Notes under the pieces: generated by a model
What the model was told of the DNA's origin: nothing
What the model saw: only the letters and a program-made list of their open reading frames with translations
Databases searched by the model: none
Assembly: GCF_009914755.1 (NCBI RefSeq)
Contig: NC_060928.1
Origin: the human T2T-CHM13v2.0 reference genome, Homo sapiens
Reading direction: 5' to 3' (one strand)
DNA length: 64,000 nucleotides
Part shown: positions 28,185 through 44,860 of the stretch, piece after piece
Numbering within the stretch: position 1 is the stretch's first letter
Layout of the letters: each line of letters starts with the position of its first letter
Translations under genes and position numbers: made by a program

Positions 28185-28744
28185 TTTTTTTTTCCTATCT
28201 CCCCGCCTGACTCAATTTTCTTTTCTTCCACTTGATTCTAAGGTTCAGCGATAGGGACTATGACTCCCTCATCTTAGTAACCATAGTAGTTGGGGCCAGA
28301 AATAAGATATAGGGCTTGACTTTTTAAAGTAAAGGAAATAATACAATTTGAAAAAGTGTGTTAAAAGACAATTCACTTCATAGAGGATTAGATTTAAGAG
28401 ACTGTCATAAAGGAAAAAATAAGGTGGAAAGACTTGGTGACTTTGTGGAAACAGTGACCTTAAAATAACATGACAGTTGAGTTTTAAGACAGGTAAAGAT
28501 TGTGAATTCTTGTGTGTTTTCCTTAACATTGCAATTGAGAAATAATTTACATACACTAAAATATACATTTAGCTTGAGGAAGCATTTAGCTTGGGAATTT
28601 GACAGTTGTACATAATTTTATAATATCACAAAAAGAAGGAAAATAAATCTCTTCTGTATGCAGAAAATATTCCCGTGTCTCTTACCAGTCTTCTTATTCC
28701 TCTCCTCACCTAATAAAACTTTCTTCTTATTACTATTTCTGTAG

Positions 28745-29062
<318 letters not shown>

Positions 29063-29442
29063 AAAATTTGCCAGTTTTTAGACCTCATATAACTGGTATC
29101 ATACAGTGTATACCATTTGCTGTCTCAATTCGTTAACCTGACAAAATATTTTTAAGACTCACTGATGATGTTCCACGTATCAATAGTTTGTTCTTTATTG
29201 ATGCATAGTATATTCTATTTTTTTTTTTAATTTTTTTATTATACTCTAAGTTTTAGGGTACATGTGCACATTGTGCAGGTTAGTTACATATGTATACATG
29301 TGCCATGCTGGTGCGCTGCACCCACTAATGTGTCATCTAGCATTAGGTATATCTCCCAATGCTATCCCTCCCCCCTCCCCCGACCCCACCACAGTCCCCA
29401 GAGTGTGATATTCCCCTTCCTGTGTCCATGTGATCTCATTGT

Positions 29443-33271
<3,829 letters not shown>

Positions 33272-33334
33272 TATGATGTTAGCTGGTGATTTTGCTCATT
33301 AGTTGATGCAGTTTCTTCCTAGTCTCGATGGTCT

Positions 33335-34351
33335 TTACATTTTGGCATGATTTTGCAGCGGCTGGTACCGGTTGTTCCTTTCCATGTTTAGCGCTTCCTT
33401 CAGGAGCTCTTTTAGGGCAGGCCTGGTGGTGACAAAATCTCTCAGCATTTGCTTGTCTATAAAGTATTTTATTTCTCCTTCACTTATGAAGCTTAGTTTG
33501 GCTGGATATGAAATTCTGGGTTGAAAATTCTTTTCTTTAAGAATGTTGAATATTGGCCCCCACTCTCTTCTGGCTTGTAGGGTTTCTGCCGAGAGATCCG
33601 CTGTTAGTCTGATGGGCTTTCCTTTGAGGGTAACCCGACCTTTCTCTCTGGCTGCCCTTAACATTTTTTCCTTCATTTCAACTTTGGTGAATCTGACAAT
33701 TATGTGTCTTGGAGTTGCTCTTCTCGAGGAGTATCTTTGTGGCGTTCTCTGTATTTCCTGAATCTGAACGTTGGCCTGCCTTGCTAGATTGGGGAAGTTC
33801 TCCTGGATAATATCCTGCAGAGTGTTTTCCAACTTGGTTCCATTCTCCACATCACTTTCAGGTACACCAATCAGACGTAGATTTGGTCTTTTCACATAGT
33901 CCCATATTTCTTGGAGGCTTTGCTCATTTCTTTTTATTCTTTTTTCTCTAAACTTCCCTTCTCGCTTCATTTCATTCATTTCATCTTCCATTGCTGATAC
34001 CCTTTCTTCCAGTTGATCGCATCGGCTCCTGAGGCTTCTGCATTCTTCACGTAGTTCTCGAGCCTTGGTTTTCAGCTCCATCAGCTCCTTTAAGCACTTC
34101 TCTGTATTGGTTATTCTAGTTATACATTCTTCTAAATTTTTTTCAAAGTTTTCAACTTCTTTGCCTTTGGTTTGAATGTCCTCCTGTAGCTCAGAGTAAT
34201 TTGATCGTCTGAAGCCTTCTTCTCTCAGCTCGTCAAAATCATTCTCCATCCAGCTTTGTTCTGTTGCTGTTGAGGAACTGTGTTCCTTTGGAGGAGGAGA
34301 GGCGCTCTGCGTTTTAGAGTTTCCAGTTTTTCTGTTCTGTTTTTTCCCCAT
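33335..34351 (-). CDS. L1 ORF1p (RNA-binding chaperone), intact 338 aa
   Basis: MGKKQNRKTGNSK...NHAKM with REKG, ARR and YPAKLS motifs intact. Confidence 0.95.
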   Translation of the reverse strand: MGKKQNRKTGNSKTQSASPPPKEHSSSTATEQSWMENDFDELREEGFRRSNYSELQEDIQTKGKEVENFEKNLEECITRITNTEKCLKELMELKTKARELREECRSLRSRCDQLEERVSAMEDEMNEMKREGKFREKRIKRNEQSLQEIWDYVKRPNLRLIGVPESDVENGTKLENTLQDIIQENFPNLARQANVQIQEIQRTPQRYSSRRATPRHIIVRFTKVEMKEKMLRAAREKGRVTLKGKPIRLTADLSAETLQARREWGPIFNILKEKNFQPRISYPAKLSFISEGEIKYFIDKQMLRDFVTTRPALKELLKEALNMERNNRYQPLQNHAKM

Positions 34352-35257
34352 CTTTGTGGTTTTATCTACTTTTGGTCTTTGATGATGGTGATGTACAGAT
34401 GGGTTTTCGGTGTAGATGTCCTTTCTGGTTGTTAGTTTTCCTTCTAACAGACAGGACCCTCAGCTGCAGGTCTGTTGGAATACCCTGCCGTGTGAGGTGT
34501 CAGTGTGCCCCTGCTGGGGGGTGCCTCCCAGTTAGGCTGCTCGGGGGTCAGGGGTCAGGGACCCACTTGAGGAGGCAGTCTGCCCGTTCTCAGATCTCCA
34601 GCTGCGTGCTGGGAGAACCACTGCTCTCTTCAAAGCTGTCAGACAGGGACACTTAAGTCTGCAGAGGTTACTGCTGTCTTTTTGTTTGTCTGTGCCCTGC
34701 CCCCAGAGGTGGAGCCTACAGAGGCAGGCAGGCCTCCTTGAGCTGTGGTGGGCTCCACCCAGTTCGAGCTTCCAGGCTGCTTTGTTTACCTAAGCAAGCC
34801 TGGGCAATGGCGGGCGCCCCTCCCCCAGCCTCGTTGCCACCTTGCAGTTTGATCTCAGACTGCTGTGCTAGCAATCAGCGAGATTCCGTGGGCGTAGGAC
34901 CCTCTGAGCCAGGTGTGGGATATAGTCTCGTGGTGCGCCGTTTCTTAAGCCGGTCTGAAAAGCGCAATATTCGGGTGGGAGTGACCCGATTTTCCAGGTG
35001 CGTCCGTCACCCCTTTCTTTGACTCTGAAAGGGAACTCCCTGACCCCTTGCGCTTCCCAGGTGAGGCAATGCCTCGCCCTGCTTCGGCTCGCGCACGGTG
35101 CGCACACACACTGGCCTGCGCCCACTGTCTGGCACTCCTTAGTGAGATGAACCCGGTACCTCAGATGGAAATGCAGAAATCACCCGTCTTCTGCGTCGCT
35201 CACGCTGGGAGCTGTAGACTGGAGCTGTTCCTATTCGGCCATCTTGGCTCCTCCTCC
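34352..35257. promoter_or_regulatory. L1 5'UTR bidirectional CpG-rich promoter (sense promoter on -, antisense promoter on +)
   Basis: CpG-dense. Intact YY1 site GGCCATCTTG at 35237-35246. The antisense promoter region (established at about L1 nt 400-600) maps to about 34660-34860. Confidence 0.85.
34807..35022 (+). CDS. L1 ORF0 (primate-specific antisense ORF), intact 71 aa
   Basis: gcaATGG Kozak context. MAGAPPPASLPP...RCVRHPFL-stop, L1 nt 451-236. Donor sites after nt 106 (34912) and nt 191 (34997). Confidence 0.88.
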   Translation: MAGAPPPASLPPCSLISDCCASNQRDSVGVGPSEPGVGYSLVVRRFLSRSEKRNIRVGVTRFSRCVRHPFL

Positions 35258-36208
35258 TAGTATATTCTATTATATAATGTGCCATAATTTATTTATTCTC
35301 CTATAAATAATAATTGACTTGTTTCCAGTTTGGGCTATTAAGAATAAGGATATATATCCCCATATATTGTGGTGGATATATGTTTTCGGTTACCTGGGAA
35401 AGGTAGATGTATGTTTAATTTTATAAGAAATTGTCAAATATTTTTCCAAACAGTTGAACTATTTTACACTACCACCAGAAGCGTACGAGAGTTCCATTTC
35501 TTCCACATCCTTATCAACATTAGTGTGGTCGGTCTTTTCAATTTTAGAGATTCTTGTGGGTATGAAATTGAAACTCAGTGTAGTCTTATTTTTCATTCTC
35601 TAATTACTAATGATACTGATCATTTTTCATGTGTCTATTGGCCTTTCCTTTATTTATTTTTCTAAAGTGTGTATTTACATCTTTTGCCATTTTAAGATGC
35701 CATTATTTTATTTTTTGTTGGTAAAAATGTTTTGTATAATAATGAATCTTATTTTTAAATGTATTTCAGTTTCCTTGTTTGTTTTCTTAATGATATATTT
35801 TGATAGATTGTTGGTTTTGATAAAGTTTAGTATATCATTTTATGATAAATGTTTTGGAGTCTTATTGAAGACATCTTTGCCTTCTTCAAAGTACAAGGAT
35901 ATTATTCTATATTTTGTTCTAGAAGCCTTATGATTCTGGTTTTTATGTTTAGGTGTATGATCTATCTTAAACTTAGTTTTGAGTATGGAGTGAGATAGGG
36001 ATTGAGGCTCATTTTAAAAAATATTGGTATGTAGTTGTTTTAGCATAATTTGAATTTCCTCTCCTCATAAATGACTTGGTACTTTGGTTGAAATGAATGC
36101 TGGATTTTTTGTGTGAATACATACTACATGGATTTAATTTTCTATCTCATTAGTACTAACTAATTTAAGTAGAGTGGACAAACTAATCAGAGTTTGCATT
36201 TACTTTAG

Positions 36209-36417
36209 GAGAGATCAGAGTGGCCTTTGTCCTGTATAACAACTTGGGTCCTTATTTATCCACGGAGAATGCCAGTATGAAGTTGGGAACGGAAGCTTTG
36301 TCCACAAATCATTCTGTTATTGTCAATTCCCCTGTTATTACGGCAGCAATAAACAAAGAGTTCAGTAACAAGGTTTATTTGGCTGATCCTGTGGTATTTA
36401 CTGTTAAACATATCAAG
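36209..36417 (+). CDS. ADGRL3: ADGRL3 exon, GAIN subdomain B (GEIRVAFVLY...VFTVKHIK), 209 nt, phase 1-0
   Basis: Acceptor tactttag|GAGAGATC, donor ATCAAG|gtaaga. TACTAAC at 36154-36160. Confidence 0.96.
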
Positions 36418-36794
36418 GTAAGAAAATGGCATATTAGCTTGGTTGTTCATATTATCTGTATTTTTATAACACTGAACATTAAGTGTATTAATTTTCTTTT
36501 AATGTTTTTTCTATTTGACATATAACAGTTCATTATCTGTACAATGTAGTGGTAATTTTTTTGTCAGAAATAAGATTTGGAGGAGGAGAATAATCCTTAT
36601 ATATGTAAATACTTATGGTGAAAGCATTCATAGATGGATTTATAATTGCTTCTCCATAACTAAAAAGAGCTAGCTCAAGTGTAGAGAACTAAATTACAGC
36701 CTGAAAACCACAGATAATATTACAAAATTCTGCTGTATTTGGGATTCATGTGAAATGAATAGATTTTTAGCTGCTCTTGCTGCAAAAACAAGAA

Positions 36795-36912
36795 AACAAT
36801 GGGTAACTATGTGAGACGATGGATATATTAACTCACTTCACTTTGGTAACCTTTCTACTGTCTACATGTATTTCATAACATTATGTTGCATACCTTAAAT
36901 ATTCACAATACT
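36795..36912 (+). mobile_element. L1MA-type 3' end fragment
   Basis: ggtaactatgtgagacgatggatatattaact...gttgcataccttaaatattcacaat. Confidence 0.6.
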
Positions 36913-37394
36913 ATCTGTGTTTTTAAAGAAGAATAGGAGTACATTAAACAGAACTAGAGATGGTTCTATATTTGATATTTCAAGCAATTATGTCCACGTG
37001 AAGATATATTTTTGCATATATACAAAGATTGAGGTTGTAAATTCAACAAAGATTTCTAAAGATCATCCTTTCAGATGTTGGTTGTTAAGAGCAATTAACC
37101 TCTTTATTTTGCAATGTGTATTAGAATTAGTGTGATTTTGAAACATTGGTACTAGTATATTATTTTAGTGTTAATTTAAAAAAATAGTGCACTCTTCTCT
37201 AGTCAAAGGGAACAAACAATAGCATATATTCAATTTCACTTAGAATTGTTGAGGCCCACTTATGAAACCATTGGTAGACATCTCTAAAAAATTGGAACAG
37301 AATATGAAGTTGTATTATATGTAAAGAAAATGCCAACCTAATTTACATGATCATAAAGTAGTTGTTGATTTTATGGATTTTTTTTCCCCTGTAG

Positions 37395-37571
37395 CAGTCA
37401 GAGGAAAATTTCAACCCTAACTGTTCATTTTGGAGCTACTCCAAGCGTACAATGACAGGTTATTGGTCAACACAAGGCTGTCGGCTCCTGACAACAAATA
37501 AGACACATACTACATGCTCTTGTAACCACCTAACAAATTTTGCAGTACTGATGGCACATGTGGAAGTTAAG
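37395..37571 (+). CDS. ADGRL3: ADGRL3 GPS exon ([13 protein letters not shown]...CSCNHL|[13 protein letters not shown]), 177 nt, phase 0-0
   Basis: Acceptor cccctgtag|CAGTCA, donor GTTAAG|gtaaga. GPS motif C-x2-W...W-x4-C...C-x-C-x-HL|T. Stachel TNFAVLM at 37533-37553. Confidence 0.97.
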
Positions 37572-38710
37572 GTAAGATATATACCATACAATGAAAATGT
37601 TTTAGTATATTATATGGTCACTAACTGTAAATAGTCCTAACTATATGGGCTATCATATTTCAATGTTTTCCTACTTTCATAGTAATTCTATTAAGGAACT
37701 CTCTGATGTTCAAACCATATCCTTGTGGATGATTCAAAGAACTTGTTATCTCTTTTCCTATTATCAAAATAGTTCATAAAATTGAAGTTTGCTTAATAAA
37801 CTTCCCCTAGTCTCCCTGTTATTTTGTATAATAAATGTCAGACCATAACCTCATGAACAGGGTAAGATAGGACTCCAGGACCAAAGGCCAGTGGGGTTGG
37901 TTTAGAAAGCTGGGACTGGGGAGGCGGAAGAATAAAGAGCTATGCATAGGTTAAATACAGTCAAACTGACTCTTGGGAAAGCAACCCTCAAGCACGATAC
38001 CCAGAGCATGGTAGTGCAAAGGACTTGGCATACCCTAACATAAGGAAATGGGTTCTGCCCATGCAAGAAGACACTACTCTAAGGAAAAATCCAGATGATA
38101 GGTAGTTTCCAAAGTCAGAAACATGGCTACATCAATTTCCTCCCAGTGTGACTAGCTTTCATATGTATTGAGGGTTGTGAGATGGAGTCTATGAGTTTGC
38201 AAGGGAAGAGAAGGCTGGCAGGGTTTCAGGAGATCAACTCAAGCAGGCTAACAGTGAAGGCTAGAAATGCAGTAACTATCAGATTTTAGGAGGCCTAGGT
38301 CAGGAAACTCAGAAAAAAAAAAAAAACACTAAGCAGGTCAGTGCATCAGTAGTAGGTAAGATTATTGCTAACACTGAGTAATACTAATACTCAACCTGTA
38401 GAAATGTATGGGGTTGAAAACTTCAGTTTTTATTTCAAGCAAGATACTTCATGGCCAGAGATGTTTGAGAATGCAAATATCTTGCTTTCCTCATCTCAAT
38501 GGTTAAGAACTGAGGCTGACTCAGATCCCGTGTTGGGTTCAACCAATTGTTATATTTGGAAGAAGGCTATTAATAAATTATATACATTATGTGGCATTAA
38601 AAATTTAATTTTTGAACTTTCAAACAAGATGCTCAACAAAAATAATACTTTTTTTCTGAATATTGTATGTCATAAACTAAATGGATAATTGCATTTAAAA
38701 TCTTAAAATA

Positions 38711-39006
<296 letters not shown>

Positions 39007-39849
39007 TTAAAATATAACTTCATAGTTTTTTAAAATGTCTTTATAAGTTAAATTCAATTTCATATGCATTAGTCTTTAAGATTATTAATCTTGTATAATA
39101 TATACAAAATTATTTGTCATTAGAACTAGCATTGGTATTTTGCTTTGGTAGGGAAAAGCACTCATAGCTTCAACACTTTATGCGAAAGTTAAAGCTTAGT
39201 TTTCACAGCATTTTATATTATAATATCTCTGCTATAATTATCTGGTACATATTTCATTGTGGAAAGAAAATGACTACTTAAAACCCTGGAATGGCTTTTG
39301 CAAAGATCGAACATTCTTTCATACAATTCATTAAAATTTTTCACTATTTAACTAACACTACTTAGCTTTCAAATTTAGTAACTGGTAAATAGTATTTTCA
39401 AAACAATTGTCTTTATAAGTTCAATAAAATGTGAAATAACATGTATTTTTAACCATACTGTTCAGTTCAGCACATATGTGTTAGTAGTGTAATAATAATA
39501 AATAAGATATGAACACTGCCTTCAAAGGTTTACAGGTTTTTTTTTAGATGAGACAGAAAAAAACAGCTATATAGTTAATAAGGTAGTGATAAGAATGAAG
39601 TTTGAACAGTGTACTGTGGGAAAATTGAATAAGTATAATAAAAGTCTGGAGAAGTTCTTAGAGATTTAAAAGCTGTATATTAAGAGATTAATGTATTAGC
39701 CAGAAAAGTTGTGAAGAACATTTCAATCAGAGAAAACAGCAGGAGCGAAAACATAAAGATATTATATATCATGGTGTGTAGAGCATGGTAAAAGAGTTTA
39801 GAATTAATACACAATAAGTATAACAAGGCTAGTGTTTAAGTCAAAGTAA

Positions 39850-40278
39850 AAACAGAAACAAATATCTAAATTTAAGATTTGATTGGGGAAACAAGAATTG
39901 CAGTTCAGGGTATACACACAGACTGGGTGGTCTTCCTTATGCCTGAAGAACAAAAAGAGGGTTGGAGATTTCATAAAAAGAAGAAGTGTTACATATTGTC
40001 TTCCCAGAAAGTTCATTGGCACTAGTAAAGTGTGGAGAGCTGGCAAGCTCTGATTGGTGAGTGACAGGCGATGCGTCTTGGAGTCAAAGGAGGTTGTTTC
40101 AGTAGCTATTGGATAAAACTGGTTTCAGGTTACAACAGGCAGTTTCAGCATGGGGGCTTACAGTGAATTCCATTCTTGGAGCCATGTTTTGTGCCCTGAA
40201 TGCTTTCTTTCCTGTCTTTTGCCTCTGTTTTAGTTGGTATAACAAGAATAACCCAATTCATTTGACCAGCTTTCACTG
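39850..40278 (-). mobile_element. ERV1-class solo LTR (subfamily uncertain)
   Basis: Ends in acccaattcatttgaccagctttca. Contains ATTGG (CCAAT) boxes and LTR-like composition. Confidence 0.45.
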
Positions 40279-40878
40279 TAGTTAGAAATTGGAGGTGAAC
40301 TGAAGAACTTATTAGGACTGTGGCCATGAAGGGCATAATATAAAATTTTATTTTTTATTTTTACTTATTTATTTATTTCCATCTCTTGTGCTTGAATCAG
40401 GACAATGTGGAAATTTAGATGGGCTTAACATCTGCAGGCTCAGAGTACGAGTCTCAATATCCTACATGTCTAAATATTTACAAGTAATACTTAAAGCTGA
40501 GAAAAATGAAATATAACCTGACTTAACAAAATATAGCTTTATAATCACCAAAGACACACAATCTGAACTTAGGATTCTCAGAATCCCCAGAGTTCTGCAC
40601 CTGTACATGGCAGTGTCAGGGGAGCCGACTCCTGGCTCACAGTCAGTGGTTTACCCAACCCCTTCAAAAGTAGGAGGCTCAGGGTTGGGGGCTCTCTTTC
40701 CAGGGTCTCAGGGTATACCTGTAATATGGATCTTTGCTGTGATTCCATGGGCAACTAAGAAACGATTGCTAGATCTCTAAACAATAATAGCACCAGTTTA
40801 TGTTGCAATGTTAGACAGATTATTCCCAATTCTATGTGGATGATAGATGTCAATTAGATTTCAACTTTAGATTAGACT

Positions 40879-41180
40879 GGCTGGGCGTAGTGGCTCATGC
40901 AAGTAATCCCAGTACTTCGGGAGGCTGAGGTGGGTGGATCACTTGAGGTCAGGAGTTTGAGACCAGCCTCGGCAACATGGCAGAACTCCCTCTCCACTAA
41001 AATACAAAAATTAGCTGGGCGTGATGGTGCATGCCTGTAGTCCCAGCTACTCAGGAGGCTGTGGTGGGAGGATCACTTGAGCCCAGGAAGCAGAGGTTGC
41101 AGTGAGCTGAGATCAACCACTGCAACTCCAGTTTGAGCGACCAAGCAAGACTGTGTCACAAACAAACAAAACAAACAAAA
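40879..41180 (+). mobile_element. Alu (Jb/Sx-like), TSD GATTAGACT
   Basis: Full dimer with a (CAAA)n tail. Confidence 0.9.
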
Positions 41181-41488
41181 TGATTAGACTGGTTGTAGTG
41201 TGACAGTTATTTCAATAAGTCCTGGTAAAGGGTGTCTAGGGCGTAGACAAGGGCTGTTGTGGTAGTCATGAAGAGGATTTATATTTCAGATATACTAGGA
41301 TACAAAGATATAAATGGCTTATTACCTTGGTTATAGAGGTCGATAGAAAGGCTATCTGCATGTACATTCTCTTCTCCCTGCAGTCAGTAAAAATAGGGAA
41401 AGTATTAATCTCCTTTACATTTTACAAAGTAAAAATGATGGCAAAATTTTTAGCTACCTTATGTTATTGATCCAAATAATTTCATCCA

Positions 41489-41794
<306 letters not shown>

Positions 41795-43119
41795 TCATCC
41801 AAAATTTTATTTGACTCAAATTTAGAGAGAGATGGTGCAGGTATACCAGAGGGAGAACAAATTCATGCTCAATTAGCAGCTTAAAAATAAAATTACCTTA
41901 CCTGTGTCAGCACAGTTTAAATTTTGATGTTCGAAGGACTACAAACTCTATTTTGTCAGAGCATCACAAATTGATCCATCTTAGCAAGATTGGCTATATA
42001 TTAACAAGTAATAGATTTAAATCTGGATTGTATTACTCTGGCTCTGAGATTCTACATTCTAGCCTAGGTAATAAACTCAGACTCAGAAAAACGAATCAAA
42101 TTTGAGGCAGCAACAAAATATCATTTTATGCTCAGTTCATTGCCTAACAACCTTTCCGCAATCCATTGTATAACAGTCATGACTGTGACCACTATTGTGT
42201 GTCAACAAGAGATAAAATAAATGGAAATCAATATTTTCCTTTAGCAGTCAATCACAAAGCATGTGTGTCCTGGAATTCTTATATCATAATCTCTTGTGAT
42301 TGTTTACATCAACCCTATTTTGATCTTACAACATGATTTTGGAATGTTAGCGATCAATGAAAAACAGAAAACAAGGAGACTGATCATCTCTAGAGTTTCA
42401 AAAAGAAACACACTAACCAAACTTACCTTAGACTGATGTTTCAAACAGAACATTAATTTATTCATACACAGAAGTACAGCAGCCAGTTGGAACAGATATT
42501 TATGTCTTCTAGTTGTCAGTTTCTAACTCTACAGGAAAATCTGTAAAGGAAACAAAATTATATTGGAAAATTTTGTTTGAGGAATTTAGAAAGAGTGCAA
42601 GAAGAGTTAGCTCAATAATCTTGATAGCTATTGGCATCAAGCTGTGGTATCCTGATGCATCCTTCTCCACTCCAGAGCTCTCCCAATGCACTGAATTGCT
42701 TTTATTTGTCATATGTGTTCAGTCAACATTTTCTTTATTCTTTTATCCACATTTTTGATCACCTAAGTTAAGATAAACATCATAAAGATACTGACACACT
42801 GCCTAATACACAGTAGGCTCTGAATAAATGTAACTTCCTCCTTCCTAATTGTCAGATGTATCACTGAATTCCAAGGATTCCAGTGGAAACTTCAGGCACT
42901 CAAAAAACTCATATTTTTAGAGAAGTGGAGATAGGGAAGAAGGACACAGAAGAGAAACTGCAGCTAGAGTCATAATTTTATAAGAATTATAACCAAGGCC
43001 TGCCCTGTGATTTAGAGACATAGGGGAAGATCATCTGTGTGACCCAGGAGTCCTCAGAGAGGGCTTATCAAAGAAGTGTCCTGTTATAAAGATCAGATGT
43101 ATTTCATAAGTTAATGTGT

Positions 43120-44130
43120 GGACACTGGGTTGGCCGCATTCTTGCAACACGTTCTTCAGTTTGCCTTGGGTACACTACTCCTTAGTTTCTTTCCTTTCTC
43201 AGCAACTTGTCCTTTTTAGCATATTTTACTGTTTTCTCCTCATCTGCTTGACCTCTCATTGTCATTCTGGTCCTGAGCATAATCCTATATACCTGCTCTT
43301 CTCCCTCGGAGATGTCATGCAGTCATATGGATGTATACCTCATCTCATGACTCTCACATATTTCTATCTCCATTTTAAAATTCCAGACTCAGATTGCACC
43401 AGTGGCTTGATATAACTATTCTAGAACTATATACTTATGATATTCTCTCATCTAAGTCTTCTCCATTTTAGTAAAAGGCTACTCTGTTCTTTCAGATGCT
43501 CTGGTCCTAAAGCATGCATCACCTTTTATTTGTTTATTTTCATTCATACTGCACACTCAATCCCATCAGCATCTCCTGCCAGATCCAGAATTTGATCTCT
43601 TCTCAACATCCTCCCTACCACCTAGGTTTAAACCTCTATCATCTCCCCTCTGCTTGTTTGCTATAGCTCCTTAACTGCTGTCTGTTTCCCTCTTTGTTTC
43701 TCTTAATTTAATTTTCAACATAGTTGCCAGAGGGATACTTTTAAAATGTGAGTTAGATCATGTCACTCCTCAAATTTATTCCCAAAACCCTTTAAAATGC
43801 AAATCAGGCACTTCATACCTTTGATTCAATCTCTAATGACTCCTTATCTCAGTAAGAGCAAAATCTCAAATCTTGGCCCGCATTAGCATCTCTCGACATC
43901 CTCTCCTACCACTGTTCCCCTTGCTCACCTGCTCTAGCCACTGGCCTCCTTGCCTTTCCACAAAAACATCAGATGTGTCCTAGTTAGACCTAAGTGTCTT
44001 TCTCTTCTCAACACTCCCCATCCCACCACCACAAGGACAGCGCTTGCCAAGATTTCTCATCTCTTTCAAGTCTTTGCTCAAATATTACCTACTCAATGAG
44101 GCTTTCCTTGTTACCCTATTTAAAATTTTA
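43120..44130 (+). mobile_element. L2 LINE fragment
   Basis: Pyrimidine-rich L2 text (ttaaaatgtgagttagatcatgtcactcctc; ctctagccactggcctccttgc). Confidence 0.55.
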
Positions 44131-44860
44131 GATTGCCCCATCTCCACAAAATATAGAGGGAGTAAGCAAACCAGGTCCCTGGCCTCAGAGAATTTATGGT
44201 TTATCAAGGGAAGGTTGTGTCAAGGCTGATTTGTTCACTGGGGTGCTCAGAGAGATTTCAGCTAGGTCCCCTCAGGCAGACAAGAAAAGTAAATGGCATG
44301 ATTCCAGCTGAACGTTGCTTAGAAAATTAAATAGGAGCACTGAAGCTTTTCTGCCTTTTCAATAACATTACATTTTGTTCTATAGAGTAGGGGATAGTGG
44401 GTTAGCGTAGGTGTTTTTTGTTTTGTTTCTAAATTTTAATTCTTTCCTATTTTGATTATTTGTTCAAAACTTTTACTTTAGCACCAGAGGTCTGAATAAG
44501 AAAATACTGAGTAACTATTTTTCAGTGATCTAGCCCTTAGCTTTCAAACTAGACAGTAGTAAAAACATTGTAAATATACTTTAAATTAGACTTACTGATT
44601 ACTTGTACCTCAGATATGTTCTTCAAACTTTAGAACATAATAACTTAAACAAATTAAACTACATAATAATGAATGCTTACTAAATTAATTAAGATACATA
44701 TACTTTCATTCATTGTAGCTATCCCATATCAAAGATCAAATATACTTTGAAATGATTTTTCTTTAAGTACATGACAGTTAAACACAAAAACTAATTTGAA
44801 CTAATTAGTGATGAATTTCTGCTGGGGGAAGTCATTTCAATAAAGAAACACCTCTCAATT

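Noticed and set aside
34738-34806. N-terminal extension of ORF0 to 94 aa
   Set aside because: It begins at a TTG called by the ORF finder. The Kozak ATG at 34807 matches the known 71-aa ORF0.
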